DNA of 64,000 bases from Candidatus Saccharimonadia bacterium (GTDB lineage: Bacteria > Patescibacteriota > Saccharimonadia > Saccharimonadales > JALRHH01). The position numbers and the translations under genes were made by a program. Location of the stretch: NCBI GenBank assembly GCA_023253175.1, contig JALRHH010000002.1:199-64198 (forward strand), in the 5' to 3' direction. The notes beneath the pieces were generated by a model, which had not been told where the DNA came from, did no database searches, and was given only the letters and a program-made list of their open reading frames with translations. Shown one piece after another: positions 39,848 to 49,989 of the stretch (the first letter of the stretch is position 1; each line of letters starts with the position of its first letter).

Positions 39848-42808
39848 GTGGAAAAGCCAGTACTAGATCAAGCAATAGATATGCCTCCAGCAAATATTAT
39901 CATTCTTGGCTTGCCGGGTTCAGGCAAGACTACCCTTGGCGAGCTAATGGCAGAAGGCAATGGCGAAATGGAGTACATTTCAGTTGGCCAAATCTCACGC
40001 GAGCTACCTGATGACGATGAGCGCCGTCATTATGTAGATAATCTCTATAAGGAACACAATCGTCCGGTAGGAAGTCCGGATTTTTTTGTTGAACTCGTCA
40101 GACCAGCAATCAAAAAAGCGCATAGTGAGAATAAAGGCATAATCTTAGATGGCATTCCAAAAAAACCAGAAGAAATAGAACCACTTAATCGACTCCTCGA
40201 AGAAGAGGGCATCAAAATTGATGGCATCGTAATTTGTGAAGTTTCACCGTTTACAGCCCTACAGCGGGTTATAGACAGAGGGCCCCGTGAAGGAGGGCTT
40301 GATACCGTAGACACGGCCATAAACCGAGGCGCAGCTTACTGGGAGGCTATTGAGGGATTTCGGGGCAGACTCGGTGGGTTTCTTGGGCTTAAAATTGTGA
40401 ATGTTGATACGGAGCATTTAGACCCACAAACGGCAGTACATAAAGCGAATGAGATTTTGGAATCGATACGCCTTAAAGAGGCATCTGCCAATGTAATAGA
40501 TATAAAAACAAAAGAAGTAACGCTAGAAAAAGCTGAAATTGATCAAGTTCTGCAGTCAATCGAGAAACGTAACGACAAAGAGACTATGTTGTTGCTTTCT
40601 AGGCTATTTGTAGATACAAAATATGTACCCTTAATCGAGAAAATCCTTGATTCTAACCCGGACATAACACCATCTGACGTAAGTCATGAATTAGTTGCAG
40701 CAATGCCGGAGTTTAAATATCTACCCCTATCTGCAGGACGTTATGCTGATATGCTGATCAGAAATGTCTATGAACCCCTAAGAAACCTAGCTAATACCAT
40801 ACCCAAAGAAGCCAGGCTGCGAGCTAGTGGCAGACTGGATTCAGAAGTGTTAGGCGTCGTCATCAGAGAGGCTCTTGTTACCAAGGAGATTATTCGATGC
40901 TATCAAGGAAAAGCTAATAAAGTAAAAAGCTCTGAAGAGTTTGTAAATGAGGAATTCGAGATAAGAAAAGCAGACCTCGAGTACACAGAGTCTTTCCTTA
41001 GAAAAGCCAATGCACTACCAGACGGTATGACATTAAGAACACTCATGATGATACAACCACGATATTGGAACATCTTCACCTCCAGTGCATTACTTGGGTC
41101 AGTTGACGGCAACTATCAAAAGCATATCAATAGCCTTCCTGGCTCTCATCACTCACTATCAGTGCCTGTTGATATGCCGAGGCGAATGATAGCCAACTCC
41201 ATGGGAGAGTATCAACCATTCATTGAAGCCGTATCAACAAGCGAGAGAAGCGGCTTTGACACAAGCCTAGGATTCCTACACGTGATAGGTATGGACGAGA
41301 ATGGCAAAGCGTTTCAAGTTGAATGGCCTTTGTTGATGCAGGATTCGAGACTGGCGATGCATCCAAATGCATTATTAAGAGACATGCTCGCGCGAGGACA
41401 TGGGATATATTTTAATCATGATTTCTGGCATAACATTGTACCCGTATATGCTGAAAGCTTTAACTTATATCATCCTCACGCGCCTATTGCATATGGTGGA
41501 CTAATGCCAGAATATTTAGATTTCGGTAAAAGTCTACGATCGGAGAAAGAGGAATACGAGATTTTTGTTGCCATGACGCACGCACAGGCACAGCGATACA
41601 GAATGGAGCACGACCCTGAATACAAAAGATCACAAATAGAAGCAGCGTTGACAATCATTAATGATATACCCCACTTGAAGCAACAGCTTATTCAAAGTGA
41701 CGGCGAGAAATTTGCAGAAGATGTTTCAAAGTATTTCATGACCGTTACCATCGGCAGATTGTTGAATATCATCCCGCCTGATTCAAACGATCTTCTTCCC
41801 ATTGTAGATAAGCTTGAGAAAGACCCTTACCTTTCTCAAGACATATCAAAGTCAGACTTCTTAAAGCTTCTCTTTACTCAACGAATGGCCCTTGCAACAA
41901 AAGATAGTAGGCTAAGTTTTATGCAGGATATTCTGTCCGAGAGCAGCATAGATGAAGCCATAAAAGAAAGAATCATCGAAAGTCTTCTGCCCACAATCAA
42001 TAATATTGAACGTAAGCCAGCTCTTTCTCATGAGCTTATTGAGGAGCTCTGCCAACACAAAGCCATCGTCTCTATCGCGCTACAGTACATTGAACCCGCT
42101 AATCCCCATGCAGAATCAGGTTCAGTCGCACTATACAAATCCCTGGAAGATATGGGTCTCAAAGCACTTCTAGACAATGACACTCAACACATTAACCTAC
42201 GAGGCCTTTCGCTACTACGATGGCTAGCAATAGTCGCGCCACAAAGAGATCCCTTAAAAGGTCATATGGAAAAAGTACACGGCAAGAACGGGATTATTTT
42301 TGGAAACGAAATAGTTCCGCCTACAGAAGTTATCAGACGACACACTGAAACAATAATTCAAAATCAAGACGTATATGAATACAGAAAATGGGCCCGAGAA
42401 TTTGGTCAGAGTTTGGCGGCTAGTATCTACGATCTACTCCTGCACGACGGTCAAGCCAATAACAAAGACCAACGTACCGCCTTGTACATTCTCTCCAACT
42501 ACAATGGAGTAGACCCCGCTCAGCGACAGATCATAAACAATGGCATTAGAAAGCTAGATTTAATGTTAGAGGACTTAGTAAATGCAAAATACTCTCTTGA
42601 TATTTCTGATCTTGAAGAAATATCTGAACTCGCTGATGTGTGTAATGAGTATAGCCCCGAGCTCAGTGAGACAATCGCAGACAACCTAAAGCGCTACTCA
42701 TTCCTACAGCAGCAAGAAGTTGCCTATCAGACATTCGCAAGCACAAACTATGCTACGTCAAAAGCCGCCATAGAGAATTCAACCATGGATCTACTAGATA
42801 ATACATAA
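39848..42808 (+). CDS. Large protein: N-terminal adenylate/NMP-kinase domain + ~780-aa unknown region
   Basis: P-loop GLPGSGKTT, ISVGQISR and IILDGIP; the remainder is unrecognised. Confidence 0.8.
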   Translation: MEKPVLDQAIDMPPANIIILGLPGSGKTTLGELMAEGNGEMEYISVGQISRELPDDDERRHYVDNLYKEHNRPVGSPDFFVELVRPAIKKAHSENKGIILDGIPKKPEEIEPLNRLLEEEGIKIDGIVICEVSPFTALQRVIDRGPREGGLDTVDTAINRGAAYWEAIEGFRGRLGGFLGLKIVNVDTEHLDPQTAVHKANEILESIRLKEASANVIDIKTKEVTLEKAEIDQVLQSIEKRNDKETMLLLSRLFVDTKYVPLIEKILDSNPDITPSDVSHELVAAMPEFKYLPLSAGRYADMLIRNVYEPLRNLANTIPKEARLRASGRLDSEVLGVVIREALVTKEIIRCYQGKANKVKSSEEFVNEEFEIRKADLEYTESFLRKANALPDGMTLRTLMMIQPRYWNIFTSSALLGSVDGNYQKHINSLPGSHHSLSVPVDMPRRMIANSMGEYQPFIEAVSTSERSGFDTSLGFLHVIGMDENGKAFQVEWPLLMQDSRLAMHPNALLRDMLARGHGIYFNHDFWHNIVPVYAESFNLYHPHAPIAYGGLMPEYLDFGKSLRSEKEEYEIFVAMTHAQAQRYRMEHDPEYKRSQIEAALTIINDIPHLKQQLIQSDGEKFAEDVSKYFMTVTIGRLLNIIPPDSNDLLPIVDKLEKDPYLSQDISKSDFLKLLFTQRMALATKDSRLSFMQDILSESSIDEAIKERIIESLLPTINNIERKPALSHELIEELCQHKAIVSIALQYIEPANPHAESGSVALYKSLEDMGLKALLDNDTQHINLRGLSLLRWLAIVAPQRDPLKGHMEKVHGKNGIIFGNEIVPPTEVIRRHTETIIQNQDVYEYRKWAREFGQSLAASIYDLLLHDGQANNKDQRTALYILSNYNGVDPAQRQIINNGIRKLDLMLEDLVNAKYSLDISDLEEISELADVCNEYSPELSETIADNLKRYSFLQQQEVAYQTFASTNYATSKAAIENSTMDLLDNT

Positions 42809-42894
42809 AAACCCTGATCTCTATTTTATATTATTCTTTAATTTTCATCAGGAGTGGGGTAAGATGTCAACAACTTAAGTTAAAACACATAATT

Positions 42895-43287
42895 ATGCTA
42901 AAGATTGCGGTCATAGAAGACGACAAGCCGATCCAGATGCTCTACAAGACAAAGTTAGAGGTTGATGGTTTTGCCGTGGTGACAGCAGACAATGGCAAGC
43001 AAGGGCTAGAACGGCTCGAAGCTGAACTGCCTGATTTGGCCCTAGTTGACCTGCGCATGCCAGAAATGGGCGGAGATGAAATGCTGTCTCGCCTGCGTGA
43101 AACAGAGTGGGGGGCGAGCATTCGCGTGATCATTCTGACCAATATTAGCCGTGACGAAGCGCCCAGTGCGCTTCGTTTCTTAAATGTAGACCGCTACCTC
43201 GTCAAGGCGCATCACACCCCAAAACAGGTTGTTGACGTCGTAAATGAAGTACTGAACATTAAAAAGCATTCTAATCAAGGACGCTGA
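42895..43287 (+). CDS. Single-domain response regulator
   Basis: Receiver motifs IEDD, DLRMP, LTN and VKA. Confidence 0.92.
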   Translation: MLKIAVIEDDKPIQMLYKTKLEVDGFAVVTADNGKQGLERLEAELPDLALVDLRMPEMGGDEMLSRLRETEWGASIRVIILTNISRDEAPSALRFLNVDRYLVKAHHTPKQVVDVVNEVLNIKKHSNQGR

Positions 43288-43331
43288 CGAAGTTGCTTGC
43301 CGAAAGTCAGTAATTCACTTACGATAAGACT

Positions 43332-43700
43332 ATGCCTAAAATTGCAATTATCGAAGACGACCAAGCTATTAGCCAGATGTACCGCATGAAGTTCGAAGCC
43401 GAGGGCTTTGAGGTTGAAACTGCGGCTAATGGAAAGCTCGGACTTGAACTCGCCGATAAAATGCGACCAGATATTATCCTTTTGGACCTTATGATGCCAG
43501 AAATGACCGGTGATGAGATGTTAGTTAAGCTCCGTGAAGCCGACTGGGGCAAGAACATCCGCGTGATTATCCTGACAAATATGGGCGAACAAGAAGCCCC
43601 ACCAGTCATCAAAACACTTGGCGTAAAGCGCTTCATCATCAAAGCAGAGATGACCCCGCGGCAAGTTGCCGAAATGGTAAAGAACGAGCTTGCAGCGTAG
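43332..43700 (+). CDS. Single-domain response regulator
   Basis: Receiver motifs IEDD, DLMMP, LTN and IKA. Confidence 0.92.
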   Translation: MPKIAIIEDDQAISQMYRMKFEAEGFEVETAANGKLGLELADKMRPDIILLDLMMPEMTGDEMLVKLREADWGKNIRVIILTNMGEQEAPPVIKTLGVKRFIIKAEMTPRQVAEMVKNELAA

Positions 43701-43703
43701 CCT

Positions 43704-44084
43704 ATGGCGCATATTGTTTTAGTCGAAGACGACGCACTGCTGTCGGAGATGTATCAAGCCGCACTCATCAGCGAAGGCTTTCAGTGCTCTGTTGCGCTTG
43801 ACGGTACAACCGGCCTTGACCTGATCACCCACACCCAGCCAGACTTGGTTCTACTGGATCTGATGCTTCCACAAATGAGTGGCGACGAGGTACTTGCGAA
43901 AATGCGACAGCTAGATCGCACCAAGCATACTCGTGTCATAATTATGACCAATATCAGCGAAAGCGAAGCCCCTGAACAGCTTAAACACCTTCAGTTTGAG
44001 CGTTACATCGTAAAAGCCAACACGTCACTACTCGAAGTTATCGAAATTATTAAAAAAATGTTCGTATCCCAACCTGTTAAGTAG
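43704..44084 (+). CDS. Single-domain response regulator
   Basis: Receiver motifs VEDD, DLMLP, MTN and VKA. Confidence 0.92.
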   Translation: MAHIVLVEDDALLSEMYQAALISEGFQCSVALDGTTGLDLITHTQPDLVLLDLMLPQMSGDEVLAKMRQLDRTKHTRVIIMTNISESEAPEQLKHLQFERYIVKANTSLLEVIEIIKKMFVSQPVK

Positions 44085-44119
44085 TGGCGTAATTGCCGTA
44101 AAACAGATACACTTGCAAT

Positions 44120-45415
44120 ATGAATATAGCTATTGTTGGCTTTGATACTGAAGGCAAAGCGACCTACGAGTTTTTATCCGCACAAGGGCATGAGCTTACA
44201 ATTTGCGACCAGAAGACTGATCTTGTCTTGCCGGAAAATACGACTTCGCAGCTGGGAGAAGGATACCTTGATGACCTTGATCGATTCGATCGTATCGTTC
44301 GTACGGCTGGGCTCCACCCTGCGAAGATTCTGGAAAAAAACCCGGACGTATTGGATAAAATCACCAGCCATATAAATCTTTTTTTTGAAAACACCCCGAC
44401 CAAAAATATTATTGGCATTACAGGTACGAAGGGTAAAGGCACGACAAGCACGCTCGTCGCGAAGATACTTGAGGCCAGTGGAAAAGATGTGAAGCTCGGC
44501 GGAAACATAGGGGTTCCACCGCTAACATTTCTAGACCGACTAACTGATCAATCATGGGTAGTGTTAGAACTCTCCAGCTTTCAGCTGATAGACCTTCGTG
44601 AATCACCGCATATTGCGGCAGTACTTATGATTGTTCCAGAACACCTAAACTGGCACGAAGATATGGAAGAATACATTGCCGCAAAGCAGCAACTCTTCAT
44701 TCATCAGTCCCCTGATGACATCGCAATTTACTTTGATGGCAACGAAGACTCATTAAGTGTTGCCGACGCCTCAGAGGGCCAACTGATACCATACTTTTCT
44801 GAACCCGGGGCGGTCATTCAGGATAATGTTATTCAAATAGACGACAATACTATATGCCACATGGATGAATTAAAGCTACTCGGTGCACATAATTTACAAA
44901 ATGTGTGCGCAGCTGTGACGACAACCTGGCAGGTTACTCATGACACCAAGGCAATGAAGCAAGTACTCACCTCCTTTACCGGGCTTCCCCACCGTCTGGA
45001 ATTTGTACGAGAGCTCGATGGCATCAAATACTATGATGATTCGTTTGGTACCACACCTGAAACCGCAATAGTTGCGATTGAATCATTTGAGCAGCCAAAA
45101 GTTGTTATCCTCGGTGGGTCCGACAAGGGGGCATCGTTTGAAGCATTGGCGGATAGTGTGATCAAACATGCAGTTCGCGCGGTTATTTACATAGGAGCAA
45201 CCGGACCAGCCATTGCTGACATCCTTCGAAAAAAGGGATATACCAACCTCCACGAAGGTGGCAGTACAATGGACTCAATCGTTACGGCCGCGCGCAACGT
45301 AGCCCAGCCTGGGGACGTCATATTATTATCGACAGGCTGCGCAAGCTTTGGGCTGTTCAACGATTACAAAGACCGTGGCAATCAGTTTATCGAAGCTGTC
45401 AAACAGCTAAACTAG
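44120..45415 (+). CDS. murD: UDP-MurNAc-L-Ala--D-glutamate ligase
   Basis: Motifs ITGTKGKGTT, GGNIG, ELSSFQL, HRLE, DDSFGT and RGNQF. Confidence 0.95.
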   Translation: MNIAIVGFDTEGKATYEFLSAQGHELTICDQKTDLVLPENTTSQLGEGYLDDLDRFDRIVRTAGLHPAKILEKNPDVLDKITSHINLFFENTPTKNIIGITGTKGKGTTSTLVAKILEASGKDVKLGGNIGVPPLTFLDRLTDQSWVVLELSSFQLIDLRESPHIAAVLMIVPEHLNWHEDMEEYIAAKQQLFIHQSPDDIAIYFDGNEDSLSVADASEGQLIPYFSEPGAVIQDNVIQIDDNTICHMDELKLLGAHNLQNVCAAVTTTWQVTHDTKAMKQVLTSFTGLPHRLEFVRELDGIKYYDDSFGTTPETAIVAIESFEQPKVVILGGSDKGASFEALADSVIKHAVRAVIYIGATGPAIADILRKKGYTNLHEGGSTMDSIVTAARNVAQPGDVILLSTGCASFGLFNDYKDRGNQFIEAVKQLN

Positions 45416-46052
45416 CCAGTACGCGGTTAAGCTGCCTAATAATTGCAGGCTCAGGCTGCAGAACGATTGCTCTTCCCTTTGCGAGCTTTTGAATATCTTG
45501 TTCAATCCAGTGATAATGCGTGCATCCAAGCACGATCACATCAGCACCAGCATCAAGCACTTCGATAATTCGGCCGTCGACTTTTTTCCTATCCACGTTA
45601 TTTGCCTGGATCATTGCCGCCCAGTCACTGCAGTCAGGCTCTAATACCGTGGTATCTTTTGCATAAGTATCCTTGAGCCAGCCATACCGCTTGCTCTTAA
45701 GCGTGGCAGGCGTTGCACAGACAGCAACTATACCAGTTTTAGTTTGCTGTGCCGCTGGCTTAACCATTGGTTCGATACCTACCAATGGCACACTTATCTG
45801 CTCCCTAAGCTGCCTGATGATTGTAGTCGTCACGGTATTGCATGCGATCACGATAACCTCACACCCCTGCTCTATCATTTCCTGTAAGATTGGAGTAACG
45901 AGGTCTAGTAGCTGCTCAGGCGTCTTATTGCCATAGGGTAGATGAGCGCTATCATCTCTAAAGATAACTTCACTATCTGGGAAAGTCTCTCTTATCGCCC
46001 GCGCAACAGACTCACCACCCCTGCCAGAATCAAACACACCAATAGTATGCAT
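45399..46052 (-). CDS. murI: Glutamate racemase
   Basis: Motifs GVFDSG, PYGNK, ACNT and LGCTHY. Confidence 0.95.
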   Translation of the reverse strand: MHTIGVFDSGRGGESVARAIRETFPDSEVIFRDDSAHLPYGNKTPEQLLDLVTPILQEMIEQGCEVIVIACNTVTTTIIRQLREQISVPLVGIEPMVKPAAQQTKTGIVAVCATPATLKSKRYGWLKDTYAKDTTVLEPDCSDWAAMIQANNVDRKKVDGRIIEVLDAGADVIVLGCTHYHWIEQDIQKLAKGRAIVLQPEPAIIRQLNRVLASLAV

Positions 46053-46864
46053 TATGAATCCTGGATAGTATTACGAGCGGCGCGGAGTACGTTATCGAAT
46101 AAAGCACAGACGGTTAGTGGACCAACGCCGCCTTTTGCTGGGGTGATCGTAAGGTCATCTCTGTCATAAAGCTCCGGTGCAACATCGCCGACAGTCTTGC
46201 CGTCTTCACTGGCCACACCCGCATCAACCACGACGGCACCTTCCTTGATCATATCCGGATACAGGATTGCAGGGCTGCCAGTTGCAGTCACAATTACGTC
46301 AGCATCCTGAGTTTTTTCACCAAGATTTTCGGTATTTCTATCGGCAACCGTTACGTCAACTTCTGAACTTTTCAATATTTTTTCAAGCGGTGCGCCGACA
46401 AGCTTACCACGCCCAATAAGGAGTACTTTTTTGCCGCGAAGATCTACATTATACCCAGCCAGCAGCCACATGATTGCCATCGGTGTTGCGGGTTCAAACA
46501 CTGCATCCTTACCAAGCGCATCAACATCTTTTTCCGGAGCAACCAGATTAACAATAGCGTCTGTTTCTGATGGATCAGCTAAAGGAAGCTGTACGATAAT
46601 GCCATGCACGGAGTCATCCTCGTTAAGCCGCTGGATCACTTGTGGTGCCTCTTCTTGCTTTGGGTGATGGGACTCAACCTCTATATCAATATCTGCGCCG
46701 TATCGCTTTTTAAGACGTACATAGGTATCAATTACGGGGTCTTGCTTGACTTGTACTATTGCGAGCTTTGGCGTAATGTCATGAGCCTGAATGAGAGCAC
46801 GAGCCTGCTGCGCCTGACGAAGCTTAATAAAGTCAGCTAATTCTTTGCCATTGAGTAGTTTCAT
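46052..46864 (-). CDS. folD: Methylenetetrahydrofolate dehydrogenase/cyclohydrolase
   Basis: Start MKLLNGK; motifs HGIIVQLPL, KDVD, GRGKLVGAP and GGVGPLT. Confidence 0.94.
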   Translation of the reverse strand: MKLLNGKELADFIKLRQAQQARALIQAHDITPKLAIVQVKQDPVIDTYVRLKKRYGADIDIEVESHHPKQEEAPQVIQRLNEDDSVHGIIVQLPLADPSETDAIVNLVAPEKDVDALGKDAVFEPATPMAIMWLLAGYNVDLRGKKVLLIGRGKLVGAPLEKILKSSEVDVTVADRNTENLGEKTQDADVIVTATGSPAILYPDMIKEGAVVVDAGVASEDGKTVGDVAPELYDRDDLTITPAKGGVGPLTVCALFDNVLRAARNTIQDS

Positions 46865-46944
46865 ATCTGGGATATTATACGTCAAAGGGGCTTGCAAAAA
46901 CAGAGGTAATTTGTTACAATCGTCTGGTCCTAACATAAAAGTTT

Positions 46945-47021
46945 GGGCCTGTAGCTCAGTTGGTTAGAGCAGCGGACTCTTAATCCGCGTGTCGTGGGTT
47001 CGAATCCCACCAGGCCCTCCA
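46945..47021 (+). tRNA. tRNA-Lys(CTT)
   Basis: GGGCCTGTAGCTCAGTTGGTTAGAGCA-GCGGA-CT-CTT-AA-TCCGC...GTTCGAATC...CCA. Confidence 0.96.
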
Positions 47022-48602
47022 AATATCCAGTTTTGAATCTGAATACCAATCTATATCTGTAGATTGGTATTTTTGTTTAGTTCGTCCCTTTACAGCCAAG
47101 GGCTTAAGCCATTCATTAGGTTCGATAGTTAATTTGCCATTCATTAGGGTTATAGATTTGCTGAATGATGTAATAATTTTTCTCTTATCTAGGATCGTCC
47201 CACTACTGAATTTTGAAGCCGCAGTAAAGGCTAATTCTATGGTGTCTTCCGCAATTTTAAGCCAATCAGTTGTCCGCTTATTGCAATCAATCAACTCTTC
47301 GTCTAATTTACGAAGGTTTTGCTTAAAAATGCCGGACCTTGTGGTATATTCAGAGTCGTTTATAAGCTTTAATGCGCGCATTTCGATAAGGCCATTCAAC
47401 TTATCCATCTCGACCTCTTTCCTGTCCATCACATTCTGCCTAAATGCCTTATTAAATTTACTCTCAGCAGCATGCTTACTGCGCAAAATAGAAAGTGCGA
47501 TGTCTTTAAACTCAGGTACAATTTGATATTGCGATATTATCTCCCTGATCTGATTTTCGATTGACTCGAGACGTGTATATTTCTTTTGGGTACAAACTTT
47601 CGACTGGCTCTTCCTGGTACAGTGATAATGCACATAAGTTTTATACTCATTCAACGACTTAATATATTTAGTATTAGACTTTCCCACTACGCTACAGCCA
47701 CACTCCCCACATCTAATCAAACCCGTAAAAGAGTAGGCGTGGGTATTTGATCTAGGCTTTCCTCTATCTTTAAGAATACGTTGAGCAAGATCAAACTGCT
47801 CTAGCGATATCATAGCCTTGTGATTTCCTTTGTAGAGTTCACCATTGTGCGATATATAACCTGCGTAGAACGGATTAGTAAATATGTTATAGATCATGCT
47901 CGTGGGCATTTTCTTGCCACCAGCACGCTTTGTTCTTCGTGTTCTAAAACCCCATTCTTCATTCGCAATACGACATATTTGGCCAGGAGTATAAATTCCA
48001 CTAAACAACATATCCCACATTTTTAAGATTAAGTCGTAAGGCTTTTGGTCAATCTCAGTAGACGTAATAATTTTGTCTTTATTGGTCTGCAGCCTACCGA
48101 ATTGATCAAGTAAGGGAACTTTCATATATCCCTGCGGAACCTGACCGGGACGCTCACCGTTTGACGCTTTCTGTTCCATACCCCGCTTAACATCGCGGCC
48201 TTGTTTTGCGGACTCGTACTGTGATTGGTTCATCGTCATTTGAAGCATCATTATGCCCTCGGCACTATTGTCAAAACCGAATGTACAGAATTTTAAATCT
48301 TTTAACGTTGATCTGAGCCTGTATGTTATGGCAGCTGAATCTATTTCATTACGAGATAGTCTATTTGGATGCCAACATACTATTCCATCTGCAAATCCTT
48401 CATCTATTAGATCGAGCATTTCATTAAAAATGCTCCGACCAGGCTTAAAAGCAGTTTTACTTTCAGGTTCCATCCACTTCACTATCTCAATATTCGGATA
48501 GTATTCCTTGATTTTACTTATCTGTGACTGAAGTGAAAGCTCCTGCCGCTCTGCCCGCTCTTCAGACTTTCTAACATATGCGATGTATCTTAGGTTTGTC
48601 AT
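46980..48602 (-). CDS. Large serine recombinase (integrase)
   Basis: Catalytic Ser in YIAYVRKS, NRLSRN, recombinase domain NPFYAG and Zn ribbon CGECG...YHC. The C-terminus reads antisense through the tRNA. Confidence 0.93.
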   Translation of the reverse strand: MTNLRYIAYVRKSEERAERQELSLQSQISKIKEYYPNIEIVKWMEPESKTAFKPGRSIFNEMLDLIDEGFADGIVCWHPNRLSRNEIDSAAITYRLRSTLKDLKFCTFGFDNSAEGIMMLQMTMNQSQYESAKQGRDVKRGMEQKASNGERPGQVPQGYMKVPLLDQFGRLQTNKDKIITSTEIDQKPYDLILKMWDMLFSGIYTPGQICRIANEEWGFRTRRTKRAGGKKMPTSMIYNIFTNPFYAGYISHNGELYKGNHKAMISLEQFDLAQRILKDRGKPRSNTHAYSFTGLIRCGECGCSVVGKSNTKYIKSLNEYKTYVHYHCTRKSQSKVCTQKKYTRLESIENQIREIISQYQIVPEFKDIALSILRSKHAAESKFNKAFRQNVMDRKEVEMDKLNGLIEMRALKLINDSEYTTRSGIFKQNLRKLDEELIDCNKRTTDWLKIAEDTIELAFTAASKFSSGTILDKRKIITSFSKSITLMNGKLTIEPNEWLKPLAVKGRTKQKYQSTDIDWYSDSKLDIWRAWWDSNPRHAD

Positions 48603-48745
48603 TTAAACTCCACTTAAAAGGACGGCCCTGGTTCACCCAATAAGATAGAAATCTACTGGCAAGGCCGCCCTTAAAAGGCAGTATGTATGATTCTCTATCT
48701 ATATGGGTGAACTCGTTAATTATACGCTATTTATATATTCTTAAG

Positions 48746-49303
48746 TTAGTTCTGAACGTCATTGCCGAACAGTAACTCTGCTTCGGATACTTGCCTCTTC
48801 TGATGTCGTTGTATTAAACCTAATTTAGATTGGTAAGGTTTCTTGGTATTCTTTGTAATAGATTTCCTATGCTCCTCAATCTTTATATCTACCTCCCTTA
48901 GAGCAAGATGGTTGCTTTTCATTAAACTGGTTATGATTAATGTAAGCTTACTGATTTCCACCCTATAATGGTGTTTTGCTGGAATTGAAGCCAGTTTATG
49001 GCTAACAACCCCATAGTTAATCAATATATTTAAGGCAGTCCTCTGATTATTTCTGGAAAGCCCCGTCTCTATAAACATTTCATCTGCAGTCTTATAGAAA
49101 TATCCATCTTTTCTACTGGTTTTATCTTGCCAGTAGAGCAGCTGGTTGAACATAATCGCAGCATCTCGAGATTTAAAACATATTGCAAGCGCGCCTGAGT
49201 ATGCTATTGGCCTTTGCTTAATTAAGCTATATACAACTTGCTGATGTTTGCTCAGACTCACTCCAGTCACTCCTTTGGTGTTATTGATTCTATAAACATA
49301 CAA
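48746..49303 (-). CDS. Phage/plasmid replication-initiator-like winged-helix protein
   Basis: AAIMFNQLLYWQDK...GYFYKTADEMFIETGLSRNNQRTALNIL...HYRV. Confidence 0.7.
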   Translation of the reverse strand: MYVYRINNTKGVTGVSLSKHQQVVYSLIKQRPIAYSGALAICFKSRDAAIMFNQLLYWQDKTSRKDGYFYKTADEMFIETGLSRNNQRTALNILINYGVVSHKLASIPAKHHYRVEISKLTLIITSLMKSNHLALREVDIKIEEHRKSITKNTKKPYQSKLGLIQRHQKRQVSEAELLFGNDVQN

Positions 49304-49772
49304 AGCTCTGCTATCTTCATTCGCGCCTCCTCATTACTAATATCCATAGAGTAGAGGTCTTTAAAAGTCCTTCTAAATATCTTTATATGTTCAGTAGTAA
49401 TGTCTGCGTTCATATCTTAAGTAATCTAAAAGCCCTCATTCTTATGACTGGTATAGAACGAGGGCTTTTTTCTTCCAGTCATATTTTCAGTATATGCATC
49501 CATTCCCAAAAAGCGTGTTGTGAAAGTGCGCAGCAGCATATTAGCCTCGGCCCAGACTGTATTGTTGTATAATCCTGGTAAGTGGATTTCCACTGAGACC
49601 TAAAGCCACTCCTAAAAAAGAAGGTATGGTCACCAAATCTATAGCGAAAAAAATCCCGTCGTTTGGGTACTTTTCGCTATAGTCATAGTCCGAAAGGAAT
49701 ATGGGCGGCCGAAAGGTCGTCGCCCAGCGGCGGGTTTTTTGTATGCCGAAAATCCAGGAGAGCAAAATTAAT

Positions 49773-49964
49773 ATGCCCAACTTAGTTAAAGATAAATCTA
49801 GTTACCTACCCGTACTGCTTGTAGCCACTATAGTCATACTAGTAGGTATTGTGCTGTACGCTTTATACGGACCATCAGAGGCTGACAAACTGCCTAATAC
49901 ACCAGATATTCACCAGCAGATGCTAGACGAAACTGTTCGCCAAAACGAATTAAACTCTAACTGA
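49773..49964 (+). CDS. Small single-TM protein (63 aa)
   Basis: MPNLVKDKSSYLPVLLVATIVILVGIVLYALYG..., with AGGAG upstream. Confidence 0.6.
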   Translation: MPNLVKDKSSYLPVLLVATIVILVGIVLYALYGPSEADKLPNTPDIHQQMLDETVRQNELNSN

Positions 49965-49989
49965 AGCTTACGTAGGCAGACGGTACGAA

